Positions 1 to 8,987 of a stretch of 64,000 nt of DNA are shown here, piece by piece. The stretch is from Candidatus Uhrbacteria bacterium. GTDB taxonomy: Bacteria > Patescibacteriota > Patescibacteriia > UBA9934 > UBA10169. A program made the position numbers and the translations under genes. The stretch lies in assembly GCA_016187485.1 (NCBI GenBank), contig JACPJO010000004.1:121349-185348 (forward strand), written 5' to 3'. Numbering within the stretch: the stretch's first letter is position 1; each line of letters begins with the position of its first letter. Below the pieces are notes generated by a model that saw only the letters and a list, made by a program, of their open reading frames with translations, made no database searches and had not been told where the DNA came from.

Positions 1-844
1 CGGAACTCCCCGCGATCTGTGCAAGCGCGCTCACGTCTTTAGGAAAGCACGATCCTCCATAACCGATCCCGGCGCGCAAAAAGGCGCTCCCGATACGCGG
101 ATCCTGTCCGATGCATTGCACGATCTCGCGGATATCGGCTCCTGTACGCTCGGCAACTTCGGCAATTTCATTTACAAAGGAGATTTTCGTGGCGAGAAAC
201 GCATTGGCAGCATACTTTGCGAGTTCTGCCGACTCGAGCGATACCACAATCTTCGAGCACTCAAACGGCGCGTAGAGTTGAAGAAGAATATCGGCTCCCC
301 ACTGTTCGTCAGCACCCACCACAATACGGTCCGGTTTCATAAAATCCTCGACCGCTGTCCCCTCGCGGAGAAACTCCGGATTCGACAGTACCGTGACATG
401 CACTTGCTTCGCACTCCGGCCCACTTCCTCAAGCGCTTCCTCCACAATGGCGCGCAGATGACGGTTCGTCCCCACCGGCACGGTACTCTTGGTCACAAGG
501 TAGATGTCGTGGTTCAGAGCAAGCCCGATGGCGCGCGCGGCCGTTTCGATCGCAGAGAGATCCGCACTCCCGTTTTCTTTGGGCGGCGTTCCAACACACA
601 GAAAAACAAAACTGGCGTCACGAAGTGCCTGCGAGAGGTCGGTGGTAAATAGGAGATGCTCGTTTGCCACGGCTGACCTCACCAGCTCCGAAAGTCCAGG
701 TTCAAAGAATGGCATGCGGCCGCTCTGAAGAGCCGTAACTTTGCCCATATCCGTATCAAAACACACCACGCGATTGCCAAGCGAAGCCAGAGCTGCGCCC
801 GTGACAAGTCCTACATAGCCCGTTCCGATAATGGTGATGTCCAT
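1..844 (-). CDS. ugd: UDP-glucose 6-dehydrogenase (3' end beyond window)
   Basis: Manual translation from ATG 844: MDITIIGTGYVGLVTGAALASLGNRVVCFDTD (Rossmann GxGYVG). Absent from the ORF track because it runs off the window edge. Confidence 0.92.
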   Translation of the reverse strand, partial: MDITIIGTGYVGLVTGAALASLGNRVVCFDTDMGKVTALQSGRMPFFEPGLSELVRSAVANEHLLFTTDLSQALRDASFVFLCVGTPPKENGSADLSAIETAARAIGLALNHDIYLVTKSTVPVGTNRHLRAIVEEALEEVGRSAKQVHVTVLSNPEFLREGTAVEDFMKPDRIVVGADEQWGADILLQLYAPFECSKIVVSLESAELAKYAANAFLATKISFVNEIAEVAERTGADIREIVQCIGQDPRIGSAFLRAGIGYGGSCFPKDVSALAQIAGSS

Positions 845-877
845 AAGGCAGAAACGCTACCACAGTCCCTTGAAAAG

Positions 878-914
878 ACAAACTCCCCAGCCATTTCAGC
901 ATTGGGGAGTTTGT
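878..914. terminator. Hairpin downstream of leuS
   Basis: 12-bp stem ACAAACTCCCCA / TGGGGAGTTTGT just 3' of the leuS stop. Confidence 0.55.
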
Positions 915-950
915 ACTGTGCTGTCATTCCATCACGAAAAACTGCTTTTG

Positions 951-3263
951 TCAATCCTCTTTTGTGGACAAAACGACAAAGTTAATGAGCCGGCCGGGAA
1001 CAAATACGACGCGTGCCACCTTCCTATCAGCAAGATGCCCGCCCACCTGCCTGCGAGCCTGCGTTTCCACATCCGCTTGACTCGTGTCTTTGGAAAGAGA
1101 GATGGTCGCACGCAGTTTTCCATTTACCTGTACCGCGAACTCAACGGTGACATCTTGTGCAAGCGCGGGATCATACGACGGCCATACACCATCAAAGATA
1201 GAGACCGAGTGTCCGAGCTTCTCCCAAATCTCTTCTGCAAGGTGCGGCGCATAGGGAGCCAGGATTTTCACAAACATCTCGAAAGATTCCCGGCGCACCC
1301 CATCCTGCATCGCATTGGCACAAATCATCATCTGCGCAATCGCGGTGTTAAACCGCATGGCGTCCGTGTCTTCACTCACTTTTTTTATCGTTTTGTGAAT
1401 TTCCCGCTCAACCTCCCCAACCTTTTCAACTTTTCCAGCCTTTCCAACATCTCCAACCTCCTCGCTCACCCTCCACACCCGATCTAGAAATCGTCGCACA
1501 CCGAGCACCCCATTCGTGTCCCACGGCTTCGCCTCTTCAAACGGCCCCATGAACATCTCATACATCCGCAGCGTATCGGCACCGAACGCTGCAACCACCT
1601 CGTCGGGATTGATGACGTTGCCGCGCGACTTGCTCATCTTCGCCCCATCGGGACCGAGAATCATACCTTGGTTGCGCAGTTTCAAAAACGGCTCGTCAAA
1701 AGAAATAATACCGAGGTCCTTGAGCGCGTAGCAGAAGAACCGCGCATAAAGGAGATGCAGCACCGCATGCTCGACCCCGCCTACGTATAGATCCACCGGG
1801 CACCAATAGTCCAGAGACTTCGCATCGGCAAACTTCTTTTCATTCGTCGGATCGACATACCGCAAGAAATACCAACTGGAGTCCACGAACGTGTCCATCG
1901 TATCGACTTCAAAACGCCACCCCTTGCCATACAGCTTCTCCGCACGCTTGGCGTACTCCTCTGATCGCGCAATGGGAGATTCGCCCGTGGGTCGAAAATC
2001 CACATCGGTGGGAAGCAGAAGCGGCAAATGTTTTTCTTTCACGGGGTGTGGCTGGCCCTCTGGATCGTAGACAATCGGAATGGGCGCGCCCCAAAAGCGC
2101 TGACGCGACACAAGCCAGTCGCGTAGACGGTACGTCGTTTTCTTAGTTCCAAAGTTATTCTCTTCTGGAACAATATTTTTGATGGGAAGGTTGTAGATCT
2201 CGGCAAAAGCGCGGTCACGTTCGTCGTGTGCAGGAACAGCCATGATAGCGCCCACTCCATAGGACGCGAGGACATAATCGGCAATCCATATGGGAATGTT
2301 CTCCCCTGTTGCCGGATTGATGGCATAGGACCCCGTAAACACGCCGGTCTTCTCGCGAGAAAGTTCGGCGCGTTCGAGCGCGGTTTTTTTAGCAGCAGAT
2401 TTTTTGTAAGCTTCCACCTCCTCTTCGCGCGCACTTGTTGTAAGTTCTCCCACAAGCGGATGCTCGGGCGCCAACACAAGATACGTCGCCCCAAAGATGG
2501 TGTCAGGACGCGTGGTGAACACACGGACAGCTGCCGGCTGCCGGTTGCCAGCTACCAGAAGAAAATCAATCTCGACGCCCTCGCTTCTGCCAATCCAATT
2601 CCTCTGCATGGCCTTCAACCGCTCCGGCCAATCAAGATGTTCGAGACCAGCCAGCAACTCCTCGGCGTACTTTGTGATGCGGAAGAACCACTGCTCGAGT
2701 TCCTTTTGCACAACAGGGTTGTGGCAACGATCACACCTCCCGTCTACAACCTGCTCGTTCGCAAGCACCGTGTGGCACGACTCACACCAATTCACCGGCG
2801 CCTTTGCTTTGTACGCCAAGCCCGCTTCATACAGTTTCAAAAAAATCCATTGCGTCCATTTGTAATAAGCGGGATCGGCCGTGGAGAGAGTGCGCGACCA
2901 GTCAAAGGAGAGGCCGACAGATTTCATTTGCCGCGTGAAATTCTCTATCGCCGCCTTTGTCGTCTCTGCAGGATGAGTACCGGATTTGATGGCATAGTTT
3001 TCTGCCGGTAAACCGAAAGCATCAAACCCGATGGGAAAGAGCACGTGCTTCCCCTCCATCCGCGCTTTGCGCGTCATGATATCCACGCCGGTGTAGGATT
3101 CCACATGCCCCACATGGAGTCCCGCTCCCGAAGGATACGGAAACATAACCAAGTGATACCGCGCATCCTCGCGTTTCCTTTTTTCCTCTGTCACTTCTCC
3201 CGCATGATTCTTCTCCCATCTTTTTTGCCATTTCGGTTCAATCTCTCGGTGATTGTAGGGCAT
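951..3263 (-). CDS. leuS: Leucine--tRNA ligase
   Basis: MFPYPSG..LHVGH (HIGH), KMSKS, FTTRPDT and [13 protein letters not shown] (CP1 editing), RLRDW. Confidence 0.98.
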   Translation of the reverse strand: MPYNHREIEPKWQKRWEKNHAGEVTEEKRKREDARYHLVMFPYPSGAGLHVGHVESYTGVDIMTRKARMEGKHVLFPIGFDAFGLPAENYAIKSGTHPAETTKAAIENFTRQMKSVGLSFDWSRTLSTADPAYYKWTQWIFLKLYEAGLAYKAKAPVNWCESCHTVLANEQVVDGRCDRCHNPVVQKELEQWFFRITKYAEELLAGLEHLDWPERLKAMQRNWIGRSEGVEIDFLLVAGNRQPAAVRVFTTRPDTIFGATYLVLAPEHPLVGELTTSAREEEVEAYKKSAAKKTALERAELSREKTGVFTGSYAINPATGENIPIWIADYVLASYGVGAIMAVPAHDERDRAFAEIYNLPIKNIVPEENNFGTKKTTYRLRDWLVSRQRFWGAPIPIVYDPEGQPHPVKEKHLPLLLPTDVDFRPTGESPIARSEEYAKRAEKLYGKGWRFEVDTMDTFVDSSWYFLRYVDPTNEKKFADAKSLDYWCPVDLYVGGVEHAVLHLLYARFFCYALKDLGIISFDEPFLKLRNQGMILGPDGAKMSKSRGNVINPDEVVAAFGADTLRMYEMFMGPFEEAKPWDTNGVLGVRRFLDRVWRVSEEVGDVGKAGKVEKVGEVEREIHKTIKKVSEDTDAMRFNTAIAQMMICANAMQDGVRRESFEMFVKILAPYAPHLAEEIWEKLGHSVSIFDGVWPSYDPALAQDVTVEFAVQVNGKLRATISLSKDTSQADVETQARRQVGGHLADRKVARVVFVPGRLINFVVLSTKED

Positions 3264-3316
3264 AACGGAGAAAGTATAGCAGGGACCAGAGACCGGGGGC
3301 CAGCGACCAGAAGAAG

Positions 3317-4498
3317 CTAAAGCGCCAGGGCGTTCACTGCGTCGTGGAGGATGCGCGCTGCCTGGCGAGCTTCGCTTGAAGAGAGGGAGAGCGGTGGGGA
3401 GAAGAAGAGCGTGCGAGAATCGGAAAACGCGACGAGCGCTCCTCGACGCACACAGCGTAAAAAGATGAGGGGTGCGATGGGACGCTTGAACTCGATGGCG
3501 AAGACCATGCCGATGCCACGTACCTCCTTCACCTGCTTGAGCGCCTTCAGGGGCTCGAGAAGTTTGAGAAGCTCGGCGCCAACGCGGCGAGAATTTTCAA
3601 CAAGCCTCTCATCCCGGATAAGCCGAACATTTTCTCGCACCGCCGCCAAATCCTGCGCGAGCCACCCAAACGTCGCATAGACGGGAATACCCCTGGCGCG
3701 TCGCCACACACGTTCGGTGACAAGTGTTGCCGCCATCGTAGCGTATCCGCCCGTAAATGATTTTCCAAGACAGATAATGTCGGGCTCAATTCCCCACCAC
3801 TCGCTTGCAAACATTTTTCCGGTACGTCCCACCCCTGTGGCCACCTCGTCCATGACAAGAAGCACACCGTGCTTGCGACAGACTCTCTCGATGGCGGGAT
3901 AAAAATCAGCGGGAGGAATGAAGCAACCGGCGTTTGTCCAAATCGGCTCGCTCATGAACGCGGCGATGTTGCGGCGTCGGCAGAGTTTTTCAAATTGCTT
4001 TACGACCTTGCGCGCCTCATCGTCCGTCTTTGGAAGCGGAAGCGAGACAAATCCCGGCAGACGTGGCGCCATCGTTCTCTGCCACGCGTACCCGAGCGAG
4101 GCCGCTCCGTAGGTGTGCCCGTGCCAGGTGTCGCCAATAGAGACGACTGTTTGTTTTCCCGTCGCGGCGCGTGCGCACTTGATGGCGAACTCCACCGCTT
4201 CCGAACCGCTCGTACAGCGAATGGCACGGTTCATCTTCCCCGGAGCCATACGGCAGAGTTCCTTCGCAAACACTTCCTGATCGTCGTCGTGGAATAGCGC
4301 CGGAATGTAAAGGCCCCGACGTCCTTGCGCCGCGATCGCTCTCGCCATCCCCGGATGCGCCCAGCCGACGGTCGCCACACACCACCCGCCGACGAGATCG
4401 AGATACTTCTTCCCTTTCTTATCCCACAGAAACGACCCTTTCCCCTTCACGATACGGACGGGATTGTAGTCAAAAACTTGAGCGATGTGCGAAGTCAT
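3317..4498 (-). CDS. Class III PLP-dependent aminotransferase (acetylornithine aminotransferase-like)
   Basis: SGSEAVE, WHGHTYG, LLVMDEVATGVGRTG, PDIICLGKSFTGG (PLP lysine), VRGIG. Confidence 0.93.
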   Translation of the reverse strand: MTSHIAQVFDYNPVRIVKGKGSFLWDKKGKKYLDLVGGWCVATVGWAHPGMARAIAAQGRRGLYIPALFHDDDQEVFAKELCRMAPGKMNRAIRCTSGSEAVEFAIKCARAATGKQTVVSIGDTWHGHTYGAASLGYAWQRTMAPRLPGFVSLPLPKTDDEARKVVKQFEKLCRRRNIAAFMSEPIWTNAGCFIPPADFYPAIERVCRKHGVLLVMDEVATGVGRTGKMFASEWWGIEPDIICLGKSFTGGYATMAATLVTERVWRRARGIPVYATFGWLAQDLAAVRENVRLIRDERLVENSRRVGAELLKLLEPLKALKQVKEVRGIGMVFAIEFKRPIAPLIFLRCVRRGALVAFSDSRTLFFSPPLSLSSSEARQAARILHDAVNALAL

Positions 4499-4588
4499 AG
4501 GCCCTAAGTATAACCTTGACCCGATGAAAAAACCACGCTATCCTATGGCGTCCGTGGCAATCACGCCCCGGATACATGTGGAGGGGCC

Positions 4589-5359
4589 ATGCCCCATCAA
4601 AAGGACGAAGCTAGCCTGAAGGCACTCATCATCGTCGTGGGAATCGCCCTCGTGGCGACCAGCGTGTGGTTCGTCGTGGCCACCGACCTCCGTTTCGAGG
4701 ACATCGGGCCCGCGGCAAGCAGGGAGCCCACCCCGCCGCCCGAGGCGGTGGTGGAGCCGGTTCCCGTCGACGTGAACACTCCGGAGTGGGATAGCCCTCT
4801 CGAAGGACTCCATGTCGTCTCCCTGCGGCCTGGGTACGAAGGCGAAACGGCATTCGTCGCCATCAAGCTCGAGTCGGAGGGCAGTAGCATCGTCACGGTA
4901 GGCGCGTGCCCGGACGACCCGAACCCCCAGGTGGTGGTGGACCAGAGCGCCGTGGGCGGAGAACCGCCCGAACAGGACGGCAACGTCAGACGCGTGGACG
5001 GCCTCACCGGCAAGACGCTGCCGCCGCGCGCGATGTGCGCCACGTCGTACCTGGTGCAGATTGCCAACCAGCAGGTTGCCGTGGACAAGCCGTTTTTCCA
5101 GGTGATCGTGCCCGTCGAAGAGCTTCGCCAGGGGCTCAAGATCACGGCTCCTGCGAAGATCACGAAGGTCACCCACGACAAGATCCTCTTCCCACGGATA
5201 GAGAAGTTCTCAACCCGTACCGAGTACACGTTGGAAGGTGAAGCGACTCACGTGGTCCGCGACGTTCCGAAGGACCCCGAGGAGGCCGTGCCCGTCACCT
5301 TCACCTACACGGCGAAGGTGACCGAACTTCCCGACAGTGAACGGCAACAAGTGCCATAG
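4589..5359 (+). CDS. Hypothetical membrane-anchored protein
   Basis: 256-aa ORF, GGAGG SD before ATG, N-terminal hydrophobic helix followed by a Pro-rich linker. Confidence 0.7.
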   Translation: MPHQKDEASLKALIIVVGIALVATSVWFVVATDLRFEDIGPAASREPTPPPEAVVEPVPVDVNTPEWDSPLEGLHVVSLRPGYEGETAFVAIKLESEGSSIVTVGACPDDPNPQVVVDQSAVGGEPPEQDGNVRRVDGLTGKTLPPRAMCATSYLVQIANQQVAVDKPFFQVIVPVEELRQGLKITAPAKITKVTHDKILFPRIEKFSTRTEYTLEGEATHVVRDVPKDPEEAVPVTFTYTAKVTELPDSERQQVP

Positions 5360-5370
5360 AGGAGACCGCC

Positions 5371-5562
5371 ATGCACGCAGACGAGAAAGACCGACTGACG
5401 CTACCGCGAGTGGAGAGCCAAGACGCGCCGCCCCGGGCACCCGAACCGGAATGGTCGAACCCCGACCGCGTCCCCGGCAGCATCATCCTGCACGTGAGCG
5501 GCCCACCCACCCTCAACCCCGCCGAGTTCCTCCGTTTGGAGGCTCTGGCCCCCATGATCTAG
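5371..5562 (+). CDS. Small hypothetical protein
   Basis: 63 aa, GAGGAG SD immediately after the upstream stop. Confidence 0.4.
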   Translation: MHADEKDRLTLPRVESQDAPPRAPEPEWSNPDRVPGSIILHVSGPPTLNPAEFLRLEALAPMI

Positions 5563-5627
5563 CCGCCACAGCGGCAATGTCCTTTCTTCCAAACCGGCCC
5601 CCGCCGGTTTTTCCATTTTGTTACATG

Positions 5628-5742
5628 TCTCTTAGTGATCACTTAGAGAGAAAGATCAGGCGAGAGGACTTTTTGTTCTTACTTTAGAGATATTTTCAGT
5701 CAACCCCACTTATCCTCACTTAGTGATCACTTAGAGAGAAAG
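5628..5742. repeat. Two 24-bp direct repeats with palindromic core AGTGATCACT
   Basis: CTTAGTGATCACTTAGAGAGAAAG at 5631-5654 and 5719-5742; partial copy ACTTAGAGAG at 5754-5763. Confidence 0.9.
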
Positions 5743-5852
5743 CGGGCATGATGACTTAGAGAGCAAATGAGAGGCTTCGTCGCTTGCAAAAATCAAAATT
5801 TCCTGCTAGGTTCCCCTTATTCCAAGCCGGTGCTTGGATGGAGGACCTTGCC

Positions 5853-6332
5853 ATGTCTGTGCGACCCGACCCCAACCTCTCCACCGAGGCCAACCGGATC
5901 GGAATCACCCGTCTCGAATCGGAGGCTGCCTGGCACGACTTCCGGCGCCTGTCCCAACTGCTCACCACGCATCTCGTGACCTTCCTGCGCGGGATCCACA
6001 ACCAAGACCCCCGCAACATGGGGCTCGCAGTGTCGCGCCTCTCCGCCAACGCGATCACCCTCTACATCACCCGCAACTGCAACGTACGAGAGGTGGCCGC
6101 GGGTCTGGAGATGCTCGATATCTCCTCTCGGGAGGAACGGCGCGTCAGCTTCTCCATCGTCGTCCGCGACGGCGCGCTCTGGGTCATGGACACCGATGGG
6201 GTCCGCAGTGGGAGCTCCTTCGACGAGATCCACGATGCGCTCCTCGCGCAGATCTGCGACTGGCTCCGCTTCCCCGTCCCCCCGCACCTCCTGCGCAACC
6301 GGCTCCGCGTCGAGCAGGGTCCGACCCCCTAG
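5853..6332 (+). CDS. Hypothetical protein
   Basis: Start reassigned to ATG 5853 behind a GGAGG SD; followed by a hairpin. Confidence 0.6.
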   Translation: MSVRPDPNLSTEANRIGITRLESEAAWHDFRRLSQLLTTHLVTFLRGIHNQDPRNMGLAVSRLSANAITLYITRNCNVREVAAGLEMLDISSREERRVSFSIVVRDGALWVMDTDGVRSGSSFDEIHDALLAQICDWLRFPVPPHLLRNRLRVEQGPTP

Positions 6333-6362
6333 CCAGACCCTCCCGCTCTTGTCACCGGTCTC

Positions 6363-6383
6363 GACCACCCCTCGGTGGTCTTT
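6363..6383 (+). terminator. Probable intrinsic terminator
   Basis: GACCACC-CCTC-GGTGGTC followed by TTT. Confidence 0.5.
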
Positions 6384-6397
6384 CCATTTAAATTCAA

Positions 6398-6438
6398 ACT
6401 TATCCCTATTAAGGGTCAGACCCTTGATGGGGATAAGT
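6398..6438. repeat. 41-bp near-perfect palindrome with REP-like GGGTCAGACCC core
   Basis: ACTTATCCCTATTAAGGGTC-A-GACCCTTGATGGGGATAAGT; two T.G mismatches; abuts the gdhA stop. Confidence 0.8.
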
Positions 6439-6439
6439 C

Positions 6440-7657
6440 CTATTCCATAGCCTCGGCCAGTCGCTCAAGCGCCAAAATGAATGCTCCTCGGCGGAGGTCC
6501 GTCTTCGCCGCTGTCGCACGATCAAAAACGGCACGAGCCTGCTCGCGCATAAGCGGTTCTAATTTTGCAAAAACGTCCACTTCGCTCCAGTGCTCTCCTT
6601 GTAAGTTTTGTTCCCACTCGAAATACGATCCAGTGACGCCGCCGGAGTTCGCCAAAATATCCGGAACCACCGGGATCCCGCGGGCAAACAGGATGTCATC
6701 CGCCTCCACATTCGTGGGGCCGTTCGCAAGCTCAAAGATGACGCTCGCCCGTATCGCCGCCGCGTTGTCCTTTGTGATTTGATTTTCAAGCGCCGCGGGA
6801 ATCAGCACGTCGCAATCGCTTGTGAGAAGTTCCGCGTTTGAGATGGTCTGCGACCCCGCAAAGCCCGTGACGGATTCCGTGGTTTTCTTGTGCGCCTCAA
6901 GATCTGCCGGATCAATCCCGTCTGCTTTGTAGATTGCTCCTTTGGAGTCAGACGCCGCAGTAAGCGTGTGTCCCGCTTGCGTCCAGAGATACGCGGCGTG
7001 GAGTCCTGCATTTCCAAACCCTTGAATAGCTACGCGACAGTGCTCCGGCAAACTCAAACGCCCGCGCAATTCTTCAAACACATAAAACCCGCCTTGCGCA
7101 GTGGACGTTCCACGTCCCTCCGATCCGCCGTGCTCAATCGGTTTACCCGTGATCACTGCTCCGCTCATGTCCCCCGTGATTTTTCCAAACTCGTCCGACA
7201 TCCACGCCATGATCTCCGGCGTCGTGTTCACGTCGGGCGCCGGAACATCCTTGCGAGGTCCGAGCACATCGGCCAGGGCGCGCACCCACCCACGCGACAA
7301 ACGTTCAAGTTCTCCTTTGGATAACGTTTTGGGGTTCACCGTTACGCCTCCTTTGCCCCCACCCATCGGAATCCCTGCGACGGCGCACTTCATCGTCATC
7401 CAAAGAGAGAGCGCCCGCACTTCGTTGATCTCTACTTGTTCGTGATAGCGAATCCCTCCTTTGTAAGGACCGCGAGCGTTGTTGTGCTCTACGCGAAAAC
7501 CCGTAAACATTCGTAGCGTGCCGTCATCCATACGCACCGGGATGGAAACCATGATCTCCCGGTCGGGGTGGCGTAGACGCTCAAGCACGTCATGAGGAAG
7601 ATGCGTGAGAGATGCGGCACGGTCAAGTTGTGTAAGGGCAGTTTCAAATGCAGACAT
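6440..7657 (-). CDS. gdhA: Glu/Leu/Phe/Val dehydrogenase (glutamate dehydrogenase)
   Basis: GPYKGGIRY, GGGKGG, DVPAPDVNT, IQGFGNAG, PDILANSGGV. Confidence 0.95.
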   Translation of the reverse strand: MSAFETALTQLDRAASLTHLPHDVLERLRHPDREIMVSIPVRMDDGTLRMFTGFRVEHNNARGPYKGGIRYHEQVEINEVRALSLWMTMKCAVAGIPMGGGKGGVTVNPKTLSKGELERLSRGWVRALADVLGPRKDVPAPDVNTTPEIMAWMSDEFGKITGDMSGAVITGKPIEHGGSEGRGTSTAQGGFYVFEELRGRLSLPEHCRVAIQGFGNAGLHAAYLWTQAGHTLTAASDSKGAIYKADGIDPADLEAHKKTTESVTGFAGSQTISNAELLTSDCDVLIPAALENQITKDNAAAIRASVIFELANGPTNVEADDILFARGIPVVPDILANSGGVTGSYFEWEQNLQGEHWSEVDVFAKLEPLMREQARAVFDRATAAKTDLRRGAFILALERLAEAME

Positions 7658-7687
7658 AGAGAGTGTAGTGAAGACAATAGGAAGATA

Positions 7688-8611
7688 CTATTCCTCCTGA
7701 GCCGACAGCCACCGTTCCACATCCATCGCCGCCATGCAGCCCATACCGGCGGCAGTCACTGCCTGGCGATAGACGTGATCCGAGACATCCCCTGCCACAA
7801 ACACACCCGGAATCGCCGTAGCACTTGAATCCGGTTTGTGCACAAGATACCCCTTCACATCGAGTTCAAGTTGGCCCCGGAACAACTCGGTATTCGGCTT
7901 GTGCCCAATCGCCGCAAAATATCCCTGTACGCCAAGCTCGGAGATCTCCTTCGTTTGACTGTTCATGATCCGCACGCCCGTTACGTGGTCCTCTCCAAGA
8001 ACTTCTTGCGCCTCTGTGTTGAACAACACCTGAATCTTCGGGTTGGAGAATACCCTCTGCTGCATGATCTTGCTTGCTTTCATCTCCTCTTTACGCACTA
8101 ATACATATGCCTTGTTGACGAATTTCGTGAGAAATGTGGATTCTTCCGCCGCCGAATCTCCCCCGCCAATCACAACCACATCCTTGCCTTTAAAGAAAAA
8201 CCCGTCGCATGTCGCGCAGGCCGAAACACCCTTTCCCATCAATCGCTCTTCTCCGGGAATACCGAGCCACATGGCTGAAGCACCCGTGGCCACAATTACC
8301 GCTTCCGCTTCATGTGTCTCTTTTGCCGTGGAGATGGCAAACGGTCGCTTGGAAAAATCCACCGCCGTGACCTGTTCAGAAATTACCTTCGTGCCAAATC
8401 GAACCGCTTGCTGTTTGAACTGCTCCATGAGTTCGGGCCCCATGATACCACCCGGAAACCCGGGGTAATTTTCTACTTCAGAAGTAATAGTGAGTTGTCC
8501 GCCCGGCTGCGGCCCCTCAAATAAGACCGTGGGAATTTCCGCACGCGTGGCATACAGCGCCGCCGTCCAGCCCGCCGGTCCCGCACCGATAATCATGAGC
8601 TTGGACGTCAT
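7688..8611 (-). CDS. trxB: Thioredoxin-disulfide reductase
   Basis: GAGPAG, CATCDG redox motif, GGGDSA, GVFVAGD..YRQAVTAAG. Confidence 0.97.
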   Translation of the reverse strand: MTSKLMIIGAGPAGWTAALYATRAEIPTVLFEGPQPGGQLTITSEVENYPGFPGGIMGPELMEQFKQQAVRFGTKVISEQVTAVDFSKRPFAISTAKETHEAEAVIVATGASAMWLGIPGEERLMGKGVSACATCDGFFFKGKDVVVIGGGDSAAEESTFLTKFVNKAYVLVRKEEMKASKIMQQRVFSNPKIQVLFNTEAQEVLGEDHVTGVRIMNSQTKEISELGVQGYFAAIGHKPNTELFRGQLELDVKGYLVHKPDSSATAIPGVFVAGDVSDHVYRQAVTAAGMGCMAAMDVERWLSAQEE

Positions 8612-8612
8612 A

Positions 8613-8930
8613 CTAGACGTGTGCAGAAACCTTCTCCATCATCTGCTCTTTACTCACGGCGCCGGAAAATTGCTCAACTACTCGGCCACCCTTGAAAATA
8701 AGAAACGTTGGAATGGAAAGAATATTGAATTGCTGTGCCAAGTCCCCTTGTTCATCCACGTTCACTTTCCCCACGGTAAGCTTTCCTGCGAGGTCTTTTG
8801 CCACTTCCTCCACAATGGGACCAACCACTTTGCACGGGCCGCACCACGGCGCCCAAAAATCCACGAGCACCGGCCCTGAAGCTTGGAGCACTTCTTGAGT
8901 AAAGTTCTGCGAGGTAAGAGTGAGAGGCAT
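8613..8930 (-). CDS. trxA: Thioredoxin
   Basis: VDFWAPWCGPCK; start set at ATG 8930 (MPLTL). Confidence 0.96.
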   Translation of the reverse strand: MPLTLTSQNFTQEVLQASGPVLVDFWAPWCGPCKVVGPIVEEVAKDLAGKLTVGKVNVDEQGDLAQQFNILSIPTFLIFKGGRVVEQFSGAVSKEQMMEKVSAHV

Positions 8931-8987
8931 AGAGGAAAATAAAAAGCAGAGGTATGGTAATCCAAACCTCTGCGGGGTGCAACACAC

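Noticed and set aside
116-728. Plus-strand ORFs at the window start
   Set aside because: Antisense to ugd.
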